Assembly (NCBI GenBank): GCA_964016885.1
Contig: OZ024743.1
Location: 34,472,001 to 34,536,000, forward strand
Reading direction: 5' to 3'
Origin: Eledone cirrhosa
Taxonomy: Eukaryota
DNA length: 64,000 bases
This document shows positions 26,046 to 39,714 of this stretch, piece after piece. Under the pieces are notes generated by a model. The model had not been told where the DNA came from and made no database searches. It saw only the letters and a list, made by a program, of their open reading frames with translations. The translations under genes and the position numbers were made by a program. Position 1 is the stretch's first letter. Every line of letters begins with the position of its first letter.

Positions 26046-26444
26046 GGTATCCAATGATGTTGACTTGTTCTTCTTTTTGGTAAATATCATCTTGGTTAAG
26101 AGAGTGGGACTGGCTTTGTGCAGTAGCTTTGCTCACTATAAAAGCTTCACGGCACAGGCATTGCTTTATATCTGGAGATCTCTCTGCACTTGTCATCACA
26201 TGGTACCATGGGCCCAGCACTATGTGTCAGTAATTGTCACAAGTGTAGTATTTGTACCAGAGTTTTCAAGTCGCTGGCTGGACTAAAAAGTCACACTCGT
26301 TCAGCGCATCGGTAGGGGTTCTCCTACATGAATATAAAGTAGTGGCCGTACTCGAAAACGAGTTGGCAGCCACCATTTATGTATTTATGTATGTATGTAT
26401 GTATGTATGTATGTATGTATGTATGTATGTATGTATGTATGTAT

Positions 26445-27447
26445 GAATGTTTCTCTTTCTCTTAATTTCGAGTACATTTTTGACCGGCCACCTTCCTGGT
26501 GGCAAGATTGCAAATGAAAAGAAACTGCCCTCCATTGAATCGCAAGAATGTTTTGCCAATTGTGAAGGTACCAGCTTTCGCAGCCATTTGTAATCAATGA
26601 ATTAGGGAGCTGCGCTCTTTGTCCACAAATCCAAGTTCAGTTATACTTTGGTCCAAGCGGGTTGGTATATAACCTGCAGCTCCAATAATGATGGGTATGA
26701 AGCGGAAAGTGTATCTTGGATACTGGATCTGTTAACTCCTTATCAATGGTCCGTAGATGTCCTCCTTCTCTTATATTTTTCTTACAACATTGACATCAAG
26801 TGGGCAGCTCATCTCTACAACAGAGCATGTTTTCAATGTGTGGTCCCAAACAACAATATCAGGCCGGTTGTTCTTTAATTTGGTGGCAATTTTTATTTTC
26901 AGGTTCCACCAGTATTCCTTAGTGCCATCTATCTCAACATTTTCCTCCACATTTATTTTAATTTTGTTTTCCTTAGTGTGTTCCATATGGTTCTAGCTAT
27001 CACATCATATCTCATAGAGAGGTAGTAATGAGACGACATTCTTTCACAGCTGGCAACACTGTGGCTAACATCTTCCATCCCTGCTTTACAAAGCCTACAT
27101 TTATTGTCGACTGATGGCCCTCCTCTTTTGTGTAGCAGATATTTAGTAGGGATTTCTTGTTCCTGTATTGTATAGAGATATCCTTCAAGGTGGGATGTCA
27201 TAAACTTCTTGGAACTGCATGCTAGGCTTTTTGAATGATTTATCCCCTCTAATAGTCTGTGTTTTTCGTCTCAGGTACCCATGCACAACCATGTAAATTG
27301 GTCAATATTTTTATTTTGTTCGAGCATTGGGAGAGAGATTTATATCAGTCCTTATTCCATATCTCCCCTCCAGATCAGTGGCTATCCTAATGATATTATT
27401 TCCTTCATGCTTTCATGCTCATAAACCTGGGCAAGATGGTTGCTGAT
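26445..27447 (-). pseudogene. R4/Dong-type LINE, 5'-truncated
   Basis: CRLC...SHSVASC finger, NRPDIVVWD...VEMSCP; close homolog of 52081-53432; (TACA)n at both ends. Confidence 0.9.
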
Positions 27448-27883
27448 GAATGTATGTATGTATGTATGTATGTATGTATGTATGTATGTATGTATGTATG
27501 TATGTATAAAATATTACAATGGCACTACTGCAATGTGTGTCAGTGTGTGTGATTATAAGTGTGTTTGTTCGCGTGGGTCTTAGAACGAGAAAGAGTCGAA
27601 GTACCCATGACTTCTGCAGTTCCGATAACCTACGTCAGTGACGGAAACAGGATGTTGTGAAATAGTTTTCAAGTCGACCCATCGAAGCATGTGTCGACTG
27701 AAAGTCTACTATATTATTCGAACTTCCTGTCTGCTAGTTTAGAAGTTAATTCTTTTGCTCTAACATGCAATATAGTCTCTCTCTCTCACAGCTCGATTAA
27801 TTAACACATCTTCATACATACACGTGTGCGTTTTATGCGCGTGAAGATGCGTTAACATAGAAACTGAAAATATAATGCACTTT

Positions 27884-28127
<244 letters not shown>

Positions 28128-28399
28128 TTTCTCCTAGTCCTTATAATTAATTGTTTAATTGATTGTTTGTAAACCTAGTTCAGAGCTTATTTGAGGTTGT
28201 GAAAAAAATCCTTTGTTCACACTTTGAATTGTACCCGCCAAAAGATCGGCCGATTGACCTTCCTCTCTTTTGAGAAAGGTCACGTGATCACACTGCCAAG
28301 ATTACTGCCACAGTGTCGTCTAGCGACCGAACGAATCGAATACTCTGGAACGAAATGCCTGTTGACGAAAGGACATCAAAAGATGCATCACTGACTTGC

Positions 28400-29085
28400 A
28401 TATACATTATGTAACTTGGAATGTATCTCCCCAGAATACCAGAAACCTATAGAAAATTTTTTTTTAGCGATTTTTACGATTCATGTCCTCTTCGAGATGG
28501 TCCAGGTCAGTGTTCGGTGTATGTTTATAATTATCGATGTTGTATTATTGTGGCCTTATTCTTTTGGTCACCTTATTCTTGGTGTCACACCGTAATTCAT
28601 TTAAAATTCAAAGAGTGCTTTTCTTCTCTGGTCAGATACTTGACGAGTAAAATTGTACATCTACCGTCATCGCGGTAAAGTCCTTTAGATTAGATAAGAT
28701 TATAATCCAATACAGTCCGTAACTTCTGCTGAGTCGGTGGCTCCCATACTAACTCAAAGGTGGAGTTGGGTGACTCCTTAGCCCAGAGTGATCCATCACA
28801 GCTCAGAATAGTATGCTTGACATGTAAAATAATTTCGTACGTTGAGTCTTCTATTGTAGTAAATGTCCTGAAAAAGTTCCAAAGCTTTTTTCAGTAAGTG
28901 TGGAGTAATTGAAACATAGTGACTGTCCATGTCAAATTGAAGGAATCTGGTTTCCTTTATTATTAATCCTTTGGAACCAGTCGATTACTTTTGTCATATT
29001 GATCCATACAGAGAGTTGTGAGTGTTCTTTGATTTCAGATATAATTTAGTCCAAAATATGTTGGCTTCTTTGTCCTCTGTCTGAA
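28400..29085 (-). pseudogene. Decayed Naiad-type PLE reverse transcriptase fragment
   Basis: Minus strand reads VIDWFQRINNK, FLQFDMDSHYVSITPHLLKKAL, MGATDSAEVTDCIGL, GLYRDDG, colinear with the 819-aa ORF. Confidence 0.8.
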
Positions 29086-29314
29086 AACATTGATAGAAAT
29101 ACAAATTGGTCGTAGGAAAAACATTGGTTCAAGAATAAATTGGTCTCAAATATATTAGTGGACGTCAAATACGCCGAGAGACATATTCGTGGGAAAATAT
29201 TCGTAGATAAGCATAGAAATATATTGAAATTTAGTGACGATTAATTGGCGACTTTATATGAGTTTAAAATGGGAAAAACAATTATTTTATTGAAATATAC
29301 TTTCAATTTATCTT

Positions 29315-29447
29315 CAAGCTGTATTTCTTCATGAGAGTGGACAAGAGCAACGTAAATTAAGTCCCTTTATCAAGCACACAGCGCACCGTCAGGAATTGAA
29401 CTCAAGACCTTATAATCGGGAACCAAACACAATAACCAATAAGCCAA
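29315..29447 (-). mobile_element. Degenerate tRNA-CORE-like SINE
   Basis: B box gagttcaattcc; resembles 51560-51864. Confidence 0.5.
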
Positions 29448-30196
29448 AGACATTCACTACATCGTGGTATTTGAAGGGAAAACACGAGTAAAGAGTGACT
29501 ATCAGAGTGAGAGGGGGGGATAGGAAGTATAGGTTTAGAAGAATCGAAAGAAACATTTAATAGAAGCGTCGGGCGGGAAAGTGTTATGTAATATAACATA
29601 TGGTATTATTAGAAATCAATGTGTATAGATAGATAACTACAGTGTGTGTAAATAATAGAGGTGGTATAAGAGAGGCGAAACTTGCTAAAAACAGAAGAGA
29701 ATATCAGGCTTCAAATGTTATAAAAACACCGCATTTCGACGATAAAATCTAATTTTACTTCAAGCAGATGTTGAATATTTGAAACTCTACAACACACACA
29801 CACATATACACACACATATATACACACACACATACAATATCACACACACACATACATACAGACACACACTCTTTCTCACACACACACACACACACACACA
29901 TAACACGCACATACTCTTTCTCACAGACACACATACACACACACACTCTTTCTCTCTCTCACACACACACACACACACACGCTTACACACACACACACAC
30001 ACACACATACCACTTACGGATAATACCTGTGCTGTGTCTGGTCATTATACTGTTGATTTGTTCTTGCTTTTGTTGTAGATGATGATGATGATGGTGATGG
30101 TGATGATGATGATGATGGTGATGATGGTGATGATGGTGATGATGGTGATGATGATGATGATGGTGATTATCATGATGATGATGGTGATGATGGTGA

Positions 30197-30655
30197 TATA
30201 TATGTACGTATTAATGTATATATGTATATATGTACGTATTAATGTATATATGTATATATGTACGTATTAATGTATATATGTATATATGTACGTATTAATG
30301 TATATATGTATATATGTACGTATTAATGTATATATGTATATATGTACATATTAATGTATATATGTATATATGTACATATTAATGTATATATGTATATATG
30401 TACGTATTAATGTATATATGTATATATGTACGTATTAATGTATATATGTATATATGTACCTATTAATGTATATATGTATATATGTACCTATTAATGTATA
30501 TATGTATATATGTACCTATTAATGTATATATGTATATATGTACCTATTAATATATATATGTATATATGTACGTATTAATGTATATATGTATATATGTACG
30601 TATTAATGTATATATGTATATATGTACGTATTAATGTATATATGTATATATGTAT
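30197..30655. repeat. 28-bp AT-rich minisatellite (tatatatgtacgtattaatgtatatatg)n
   Basis: Directly visible; preceded by a (GAT/GGT)n tract. Confidence 0.95.
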
Positions 30656-31113
30656 ACACAGTTCAAGAGTAACCAATCTTAAAGAGAGAGATGGAGATAG
30701 TAGAGGAGATATGAGAGGAAAGATTGGTGAGTTAGTTAGAAGCCAAAGCGTAAAGGCATGTGCTCAATGTGCAATATGCAGTAGAGAGCAGCTAGGTGGC
30801 TGGGTTCATGCAGAAGTTAGGTGCGCAGAGCTGGAAATATTCATTAGTTAAGCAAGACAAGACCACAAACTTCACAAGGAAGACATTATTAAAAGATTGT
30901 CAACATATTTTAGTTTGATGTAAGGAATGTAGAGAATAATAATAATAATAATAAAAATAATAATAATGTCCGTTTACAATTGTTTCGCTACTCCATATAA
31001 TATTTCTGGATCAGATGACTATATATCATAATTGATCTGGTTCAGTTGAAAATAATTAACATATTTAAAAAAACAGAGTGGCTCATCGGAACTCAAAGGA
31101 ATATAAATTAAAA

Positions 31114-31297
31114 TAATTGTTTCTACTTTAGGCACAAGGCCAGCAAATACCCAGTGCATTACTGGTACTTTATTTTATCGACCCCGTAAGGATGAAAGGC
31201 AAAGTCAACCTCGGCGGGATTTGAACTCAGATCGTAAAGGGACGTAACTATGCTGGAAAGCATGGCGTCCGACCCTCTACTGATACTGCCAATCCAA
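31114..31297 (-). mobile_element. tRNA-derived SINE
   Basis: Family match. Confidence 0.82.
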
Positions 31298-31619
31298 TTA
31301 AAATAATGTTACATAATATAATGTTCCATAAATTGGTTTTTACTATGGTGTCTTGGTTGCATCAGCTGTCAGCCATAATCAAGCAGTATTCATCTGTCGA
31401 GGCTGCATTGTGTGAGATCTGCCTATGGGTAACAAGATGGCTGCCAAAGGGCATATTTACCTTACTAATTAGAGGGTGGTTTCAGGGGAAGTAACTTCTC
31501 GAGAGATTAGAGATTGTGTGTATTTTATAGTTAAGTGCTAGTATTTAAATTATTTAATTGAGAGACAATGTAGGGGAGGTAACTTATAATTATCGAGTTG
31601 TTCATAGCAATTTAACTTA

Positions 31620-32045
31620 TTAGCTACAATTAGAGATGGGGCTACATGAATAAGTTGGGTCAAAAACTCTATTGGCGAAGGAATTAGCCCTTCGATGTTG
31701 ACAGCTAATGGTTACCTCCGTGCTATCGTTAATCGGTAGAGGTCGTGATAGAGTTATTTAATATGCTTCCGTAACACAGAGATCACAAGATTTCCTTCGT
31801 CCATTGAACGGTTGGGCCCTAGCTACGATATCCCATTTTAGTGAGTGTTGAACTTTGTTCAATTTAAGGTTTTTAATGAGCCTAGCTAGCGATGTCGAAC
31901 ATTTGTTGCTAGGGTCTCGGAAGGAAAAAGAGTGCGCGTTATAGCGTACCTTAAAAGGGTTAGAGGTAGACCCAATATAAGAGCTGGCATTTGAAGCAGT
32001 CTCAACTGTGCACCTATAGACTATGTTGGGTGTCAGGCAGGTGCA
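31620..32045 (-). pseudogene. Naiad-type PLE GIY-YIG endonuclease fragment
   Basis: CLTPNIVYRCTVETASNASSYIGSTSNPFKVRYNAHSFSF...KWDIVARAQPFNGRRKSCDLCVTEAY*...SCQHRR; one stop codon. Confidence 0.88.
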
Positions 32046-32048
32046 CTC

Positions 32049-32230
32049 TTACGCTCTTACTTCGGTCTCCAAGTGGGAGTTGTCAAGGTGGGTCTCAGTA
32101 AGAATGAAGAAGGGGATGTGAAATAGATGGTTACTAACCCAATCCTCAATGAATTGGATCAGCCATTTCTGTGCATTGATGGATGACCCTTTGGAGCTTG
32201 GAATCATCTGCGAAGATTCTATGCTGCTGT
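32049..32230 (-). pseudogene. Rearranged CR1/L2-type LINE fragments
   Basis: RT motif RIFADDSKL joined to APE N-terminal segment FFILTETHL. Confidence 0.55.
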
Positions 32231-32305
32231 GCCACCACACTAGCTTCCACATTTTTACTCAATGCCTAGTGTATTGAGTAAAAATGTGGAAGCTAGTGTG
32301 GTGGC
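32231..32305. repeat. Perfect 33-bp inverted repeat with 9-nt spacer
   Basis: gccaccacactagcttccacatttttactcaat and its exact reverse complement. Confidence 0.95.
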
Positions 32306-32506
32306 TGGTTTTGACTGTTGCAGGGGGCTTGTTTTGAGATTGTGTGTTAGTGACAGCAATGATGGTGTTGGGTGATGGCTAAATGTTTTTTCTGTATCTC
32401 TTTTGCCAGGTTCATGGCTAAAAAAGAAACATTTTCTTGTTCAGGGAGCAGTTTTTGATTGGATTTGTGGTTACACCATTGGATAGGGTTGCAGTTACCT
32501 CTTTTC

Positions 32507-32561
<55 letters not shown>

Positions 32562-32726
32562 AATTGTGTCTTTGTGAACGGTTTCGGTGTGGGGCTGGGT
32601 ACTTTTGGACTGAATGTAGACTGATTTGTACTAAGGGATTGTTGCTGTGGTGGTTGTTGTTGTTTAACTGGAGTTTGGTCTGAATAGGTACTTGGAATGA
32701 GTGTATTTGAAGTGGGTGACATCTTC

Positions 32727-33545
32727 CAGGGCGGTGAATTGGCAGTATCGGCTTTACAGCATAGAGTTATGGCCTTTTACGTTCTGAGTTAAAATCCTGC
32801 CGAGGTTAACTTTGCTTTTCATCCTTACGGGGTCGATAAAATAAAGTACCAGTAATGCACTGGGATAATTCCTGGCCGTGTGCCAAAAGTAGAAACAATT
32901 AATATTATTTTTCACATTATTTAGGGTGGTGGATTGGCAGTATCGGTAGAGGGTCGGACGCCATGCTTTGACGCATAGAGTTACGGCCCTTGCCATTCTG
33001 AGTTCAAATCCCACCGAGGTTAACTTTGTTTTTCACCCTTAAGGGGTCGATAAAATAAAGTACCAGTAATGCACTGGGATAATTCCTGGCCGTGTGCCAA
33101 AAGTAGAAACAATTAATATTATTTTTCACATTATTTAGGGTGGTGGATTGGCAGTATCGGTAGAGGGTCGGACGCCATGCTTTGACGCATAGAGTTACGG
33201 CCCTTGCCATTCTGAGTTCAAATCCCACCGAGGTTAACTTTGTTTTTCACCCTTAAGGGGTCGATAAAATAAAGTACCAGTAATGCACTGGGATAATTCC
33301 TGGCCGTGTGCCAAAAGTAGAAACAATTAATATTATTTTTCACATTATTTAGGGTGGTGGATTGGCAGTATCGGTAGAGGGTCGGACGCCATGCTTTGAC
33401 GCATAGAGTTACGGCCCTTGCCATTCTGAGTTCAAATCCCACCGAGGTTAACTTTGTTTTTCACCCTTAAGGGGTCGATAAAATAAAGTACCAGTAATGC
33501 ACTGGGTAATTGCTGGCCTTGTGCCAAAAGTAGAAACAATTATTT
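32727..33545 (+). mobile_element. Head-to-tail array of four SINE copies, 214-bp period
   Basis: Near-identical units; the ORF track repeats at 33014, 33228, 33442. Confidence 0.9.
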
Positions 33546-33710
33546 TGCACATTATCAACTTCATTACCGAGCGCAGCTCTGTGTGCCTAGGGTATGTGCA
33601 GTGAGGTTTTTATTAGTTTTGTTTCTATTATATTGAGAGTACTCTTCGTAATATGTGCGCGGTGCCTAGTAGTGCTATTTTTGCATGCCGAATATATTTG
33701 TTATTCCTGG

Positions 33711-33752
<42 letters not shown>

Positions 33753-34130
33753 CTTTTTCATTCCCAGAGCCCCTATTATTATAGATATTGTTCTGTCGCC
33801 ATCATCCGCATTCGGGATATTTCTATATCTAGATTTGTATATTTGGATAGTTTCCTCATTTATTTCCTTCGTATATATATATTATATATTGCCGTTTGTG
33901 GAGACTGATACATCAATTAGAAGCCATTTTTTTTCTTTGATTATAATATCTAGTCGGTTGGCTTTGATCTTCCTGTCTGTATGTATTGCCATATCCCAGA
34001 GAATAGTTGCTTTGTCATTCTCTGATACCTTTCCTGGTGTGTGTTGCCTTCCTATTTTCAGTACAAACATGTATCTTGTGTCAAGGTGGGCCTTAGTTCT
34101 TCAAGGACAACAGATCAGTATATGTGGATC
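33545..34130 (-). pseudogene. Second R4/Dong-type LINE family, 3' fragment
   Basis: ILWDMAIHTDRKIKANRLDIII...LIDVSV and terminal KIALLGTAHILRRVLSI*. Confidence 0.75.
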
Positions 34131-34457
34131 AAGATATTATTCTGAACTATGTTATGGGTGGTTATTGTGAAGAAATACCTGTTACTACATTATTGTGTCC
34201 TGGTGTGTCTGGTTTTTACAAGAACTACGGGGTCTTGTTTGTGTATTTTTGAAGCGAGAAGAGTGTTTTGGTGTAAACATTTGTGTTATTACTGTAATTA
34301 TGTGTTTTACTTCGATTCAATTTGAGCTTCTGCTTATTGATATGTTATTTTGGATAATAGCCATCTATTAGTGGACTTCAGAAATTTAAGTTAAAGAAAA
34401 CGTAGACTAAAGAACTCAACTTTTACATGAATATATGCGGTATATTTTTATTCTCTT

Positions 34458-34543
<86 letters not shown>

Positions 34544-34883
34544 AAATTGTGGATTCATGTCTTTATCTTAGTTATGGTAATTTTTTTCGTTGAGATCTTC
34601 GTCATCTTTTCGATTTTAGTTGTTTTTTTTATCAGCTGTCCATTGTTTGTTTCTTCCATGGTGGATTTTATAATCTTGTCATCGTGTGAAGAGGTTTTTT
34701 TTAAATTATATATGTGGTTGTCCCTATAGTGTTTTGTATGTGGTGGGTTCTGCTTTGATTCATTCAGCGGTTTGTGGAAATCCATTTTAATGGAAAACGC
34801 ATGTTTTTGTTGGATTTTCATTGCTTATTTTATTTATAGGTTGTTACATTTCATGTTTTCGGATTTTGTTATTATTCATTATA

Positions 34884-35270
34884 CGGGGGTGAGCTGAAAA
34901 TTTCAAGGACTGACTATGAAGAATTGAGGTTAGAGCTGTGAAATCTTGCACTCTTTTTATTATCACCTATAGCGAAACGTGACGTGCCGCCGCCGTCGCC
35001 GCCGCCGCGTCGTCGTCGTTTCCGCTTGGTCGTTTCTTTCTGCGGCAAGGGCGGATGGCTGGAACAGGATGGCTGATGGCTGGAACAGGTAAAAGAGTAA
35101 AAGAGTAACCGCATTGTTTTTTTCCAGGTAAACTGACATCTGACTGTTCAAAGAAGACTTCAATAGTTACTAGTAGTGACTTCTCTTCAAAATAGACAAA
35201 ATTTTGGATCGTGGTGTTATTAAGTACCTGCAGAAAAAGGGTTTAGCTCCCAAGAACATTGATACTGACA
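34884..35270 (+). mobile_element. Mariner-like transposon 5' fragment
   Basis: TA + cgggggtgagctgaaaa terminus; DKILDRGVIKYLQKKGLAPK resembles a mariner transposase N-terminal HTH. Confidence 0.6.
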
Positions 35271-35373
35271 AGTGCATTTCCAGTAATATTTTCCCCTCCA
35301 TAATTCATATACCTCTTATATAATACTCATATGAGCTGGATATAATGCTGCTGTGTTGTAGGTATATAATGAT

Positions 35374-35760
35374 AATTGTTTCTACGTTTGGCACAAGGCT
35401 AGCAATTACCCCAGTGCATTACTCGTGCTTTATTTTATCGACCCCGTAAGGATGACATGCAAAGCTAACTTCGGCAGGATTTGAACTCCGACCGTAAAGG
35501 GCCGTAACTCCATGCTGCAAAGCATGGCGTCCGACCTTCTACCGATACTACCAATCCACGGCATGTAATAATAATTGTTTCTACTTTTGGCAGAAGGCCA
35601 GCAATTAACCAGTACATTACTGGTACTTTATTTTATCGATCCCGTAAGGATGAAAGTCAAAGATAACCTCGGCGGGATTTGAACTCAGAATGGCAAGGGC
35701 CGTAACTCTATGCGTCAAAGCATGTTGTCCGACCCTTTACCGATACTGCCAATCCACCAA
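35374..35760 (-). mobile_element. Two tandem SINE copies
   Basis: Family match. Confidence 0.82.
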
Positions 35761-36975
35761 TAATAATGTATTCAATATAGGGTTCTTTGTACGTCGGCAG
35801 AAAAGAGCGGACATTCCTCTCCTGATATAATATTTGTGGTGAAAACCACTGCCGAACCCTATGTTACGATATTGTTATATCGTGATTGTCATAAATACAT
35901 GCAACAAAATTCAGCGCATTTCCCTTACCATCCTTCTCCATTCTGTCCCCCGGGGCTGTGGGGAGGCCAGCATGTGGGACCCCATTTGCTCACCATACGG
36001 AGAGATGGGGAGGGCCAGAGAGATGGAGGTGATAGCAGTGGGAGTTCGGCTGTTCTTTCATGTTTGCTTAGGTTACAATTGCATTGTGATAGAAGTTGTG
36101 CTTACTGGTCAGCGAAGGGAATAACTCGTATGACAGGTGACATATCAATGGATATTTACATCTTGTATTCATCATATATTGTCCTGGCCGATATCATTTT
36201 TGTTGCTGAATCAATAGACATAGACTGTTTCAATTAAAGTTGGTATCATTTTAAGTTCATTTATTTTGTTTGGCTTTGTCTCGAGTGTTTATCTAGTATT
36301 TACTGTCATGTGTGTGCAAAAGAGAAAAAGAAAGAATGTGTGAGTGTATGTATGCGTGTGAGGATGTGTGTGTGAGTATGTGTATGTGCTTATGTCTGTG
36401 AGTGTGTAGGTGTGCGAATTAAACAGTGTATTTTCTAGATTTTAATTTTCGTAAGACGTGGATATAAGTATATTGTTTTTCTTAAATTAGAAGCCTTCGC
36501 TGTGAAAAGAGTACACGCTGTCAACTATTTCTCCATAAACATAAAAACAAAAGATTGTACTTAACGTCTTCTTTTCAGAGATTTTTATCTCCTCATCAGA
36601 GAATAACTACACCTATGATTCTATGTGGAGAGGAATGTTACTGTAACAACAATATATAAGTCCTACATATAGCTGAAATGATCAATGTTATTTGCATGAC
36701 GTGCACACTTTTAACGACGTAGTTACATAATAAATGTTTATTTTATTAACTCCGGAAGGAAGAAAGACAAAGTTGACCTCAACAGAATTCAGAACTTAGT
36801 CGTAAATAGATATCGCAAATTATTTTGTCCGACGCTCAACAGATACTCTCAATTCCCCGCCCATAAAATACTTAAAATAATAAATAGAATACAACTTGCT
36901 TCTGAAGTTTTACTGTCGATATATTTTATATTCTGTTTACTGATTTATAATAATAATAATAATAATGAAATTATT

Positions 36976-37325
36976 GTGGCATGCCCACGTGTGTTAGACA
37001 CGTGGAAATCAAAAAGGTACTCAGGTTTGTTGTTGGCAAGATGGTTAATAATTTTGTGGGTGTTTACCAAGTCAGTTGCCAGATGTCGGAGCTTCAATAT
37101 ATCCATGCCCAGAGAAGCAAGGCGTTCAGAGTATGGTAGATGCCTGATGGAGGGTATTCGCTTGGTTGCACGTCTCTGAACAGTTTCCATGCGGTCAATG
37201 TTCTGAGCAAGATAAGGGTTCCAGGCTGGTGATGTAAATTCTAAGTGTGTCCGCACCATAGCTATATACAGCTTTAAATAGATAGCTGGAGAGCGGCTAA
37301 CAAAGGTCTAGTTGAGTGAGGCTAT
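36976..37325 (-). pseudogene. CR1-clade LINE 3' fragment
   Basis: VRTHLEFTSPAWNPY...VQRRATK...YSERLASL...NTRGH. Confidence 0.85.
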
Positions 37326-37423
37326 ATATTTACTTATTTAATCTTGAACATGCGTGGGCTCGATGAGGGGTCATAAATGTACTGAAAAGATTGATGGTTT
37401 AAAAAGATTCGGGATCCCTAATT

Positions 37424-37619
37424 CAGACCTGCCAACTTCTAAAAGCCCAAACGGGAAGTACCATGAAAAAACGTGTCCCCAAACGGGGAGAAATGAAGCA
37501 AATGTTGGGAGATTCTACATAATGAAAGCTATACCCATTTTCACACGAGAAGACAGCTATCACCCACTCCAAAGTGGGTGGGAGATCTCCCCGTCAGACG
37601 GGGAGAGTTGACAGGTGTG
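37424..37619. mobile_element. MITE with ~14-bp hAT-like TIRs
   Basis: cagacctgccaact versus agttgacaggtgtg; no clean TSD. Confidence 0.5.
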
Positions 37620-38025
37620 CTATTGTACACATTACGACTATTTCCTCATTATACACACTGCAATAGTCTCCTCGTTTGCCAGATTGTAATTTTAATTATA
37701 TCACTATATAGCCTACAATAAACTTTTCACTGTACAAGCCATCTTTTAGAACAAGCTAAAGCGATAAAATGAGAATGTGCCATATAGGTGTGTAAGTAGA
37801 GAGTTACAACTGGGAGAAAACGTACTCAATACTTTTAGCTAAGTGTATATATTTGGAAAAAAAAAGCTCATGATTATTATGTCACTACTGAAGTATTTTT
37901 CGTTATGCATGATCGTTGAAAGGATAAAGACTTATAAAATAGAAATAAAATATAATAAAAATCAACACAGAAAGCAGTGGGAAGAAGCGAGAGAAATAGA
38001 GAGAAAGAAAGGGTGAGATAAGGAG

Positions 38026-38072
<47 letters not shown>

Positions 38073-38129
38073 GAGAGAAAGAGAGAAAGAGAGAAAGAGA
38101 GAGAGAGCTGATCTGAAGAAATGCGAACG

Positions 38130-38290
38130 TGTGTGTGTGACCGAATAGTAAAGACGTTTGCTTCGCAATGGCGAGGCCATGGGTTCGATCACAATGAATA
38201 TCAATTTGAGTGATTATCTTTTATTGTAACAGTCTCCTATCAACCCAAGCCTTGCCAGTAAAACTGAATAGAAGGAAACTGTGCAGAACA
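38130..38290 (+). mobile_element. Degenerate OR/OK-like tRNA SINE
   Basis: B box ggttcgatc. Confidence 0.45.
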
Positions 38291-38523
38291 CGATCTGATA
38301 GTTTGCATCTGTAGTTGATAGATCTTGACTTGTCGCACAACCATTCTAAGACTGCCCAAAGATTCTGTGTAATACACACGTGTTTGTTGAAAGCACAGCG
38401 ACTTATACGCTAATTCAATGAGCAGATTGTACAGTTGATTGAATAACTGAATATTCGTTGTCGAAAGTGAAGGAGATACGTTTACTTTATATTTATGTCT
38501 GTCTCTCTCTATGTATTTACATA

Positions 38524-38620
<97 letters not shown>

Positions 38621-38628
38621 TCTATATA

Positions 38629-38707
38629 CAAGCTGTCCCCCAAAAATGTATACATACTTCAACAGCATTCTAATAAAAGTGTGTATACATTTCGGGGGAA
38701 CACCCTG
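38629..38707. mobile_element. 79-bp Tc1/mariner MITE with TA flanks
   Basis: Inverted arms; resemble the terminus at 50245 (ggtgtccacaaaaatgtatacacactt). Confidence 0.75.
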
Positions 38708-38763
<56 letters not shown>

Positions 38764-38814
38764 ACAGAGAGAGTGAATGAAAGAAATATATATATGTGTA
38801 TATAAATATATGTT

Positions 38815-38867
<53 letters not shown>

Positions 38868-39184
38868 ATATATATATATATATATAATGATGGTGGTGGT
38901 GGTGGTGATGGCGTTGATAGTGGCGTTGATAGCGTTGGTGGTTTCCTGTTAGACGAGAGATAAATAAACCAGAGTTGTTGACATCTATCAAATGCGAGAT
39001 GGAAGATACGCTTTTGGTGCAGTGAGTCTGCTGTAACACAATGGAATACGACTGCACATATGTTAGCACAGGTGCACTGGCTTGCAGACATCAACACAAA
39101 CATAGAGAGACGGGGTGTGTGGACAGTAGCGACGATATTGCTGGATGTACAGTTCTATGTTTGTCTCTCTATCTGTCTATATTT

Positions 39185-39705
39185 TTTCTTTTTCACTTCA
39201 TTTTGAGTTTATTTTTGACCGGCTACCTTCCCGGTGGCAAGGTCATAAAGAAAAGGAAATTGTTGTTTAATCTTGTGTAAGTGTTCATCCTTTGAATCGT
39301 AAGAATGTTTTACAAATTTTGAAGGTATCGCAGCCATTTGTAGCTTATGAATTAAGGAACTACATTCTTTCAACACAAATCCAAGTTGAACTTTGGTCCA
39401 GGTTGGTTGGTATATTGTTTAACCTGTAGCTCCAATAATAACGAGTATGAAACTGAATGTGTATCTTAAATATTGAATCTGGAAACTTTTCATCAGTGAT
39501 CGTAGATATCCCCTTTCTCTTGCATTTCCCTCTACCATATTGACACCAAGTGGGCAGCTGATTTCTTTCTCTTTCATTTTTTCCTTTTTTCTTATCATTT
39601 ATTTCACATTTTTTCTTATCATTTATTTCACATTTTTTTTCTTATCATTTCTTACCATATTGACATCAAGTGGGCAGCTGATTTCTACAACAGAGCATGT
39701 TTTAG
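39185..39705 (-). pseudogene. Decayed R4/Dong-type LINE 3' fragment
   Basis: Homologous to the 3' end of 52081-53432, including the 3' hairpin. Confidence 0.75.
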
Positions 39706-39714
39706 CCTTTCGTC

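Noticed and set aside
27663-27712. Hairpin ending GAAAgtcTA (similar case at 41873-41948)
   Set aside because: No CUGANGA-like box; only an imperfect inverted repeat
28225-28290. Promoter (cccgccaaaa, gtcacgtgat)
   Set aside because: Short motifs with no associated gene, next to a PLE relic
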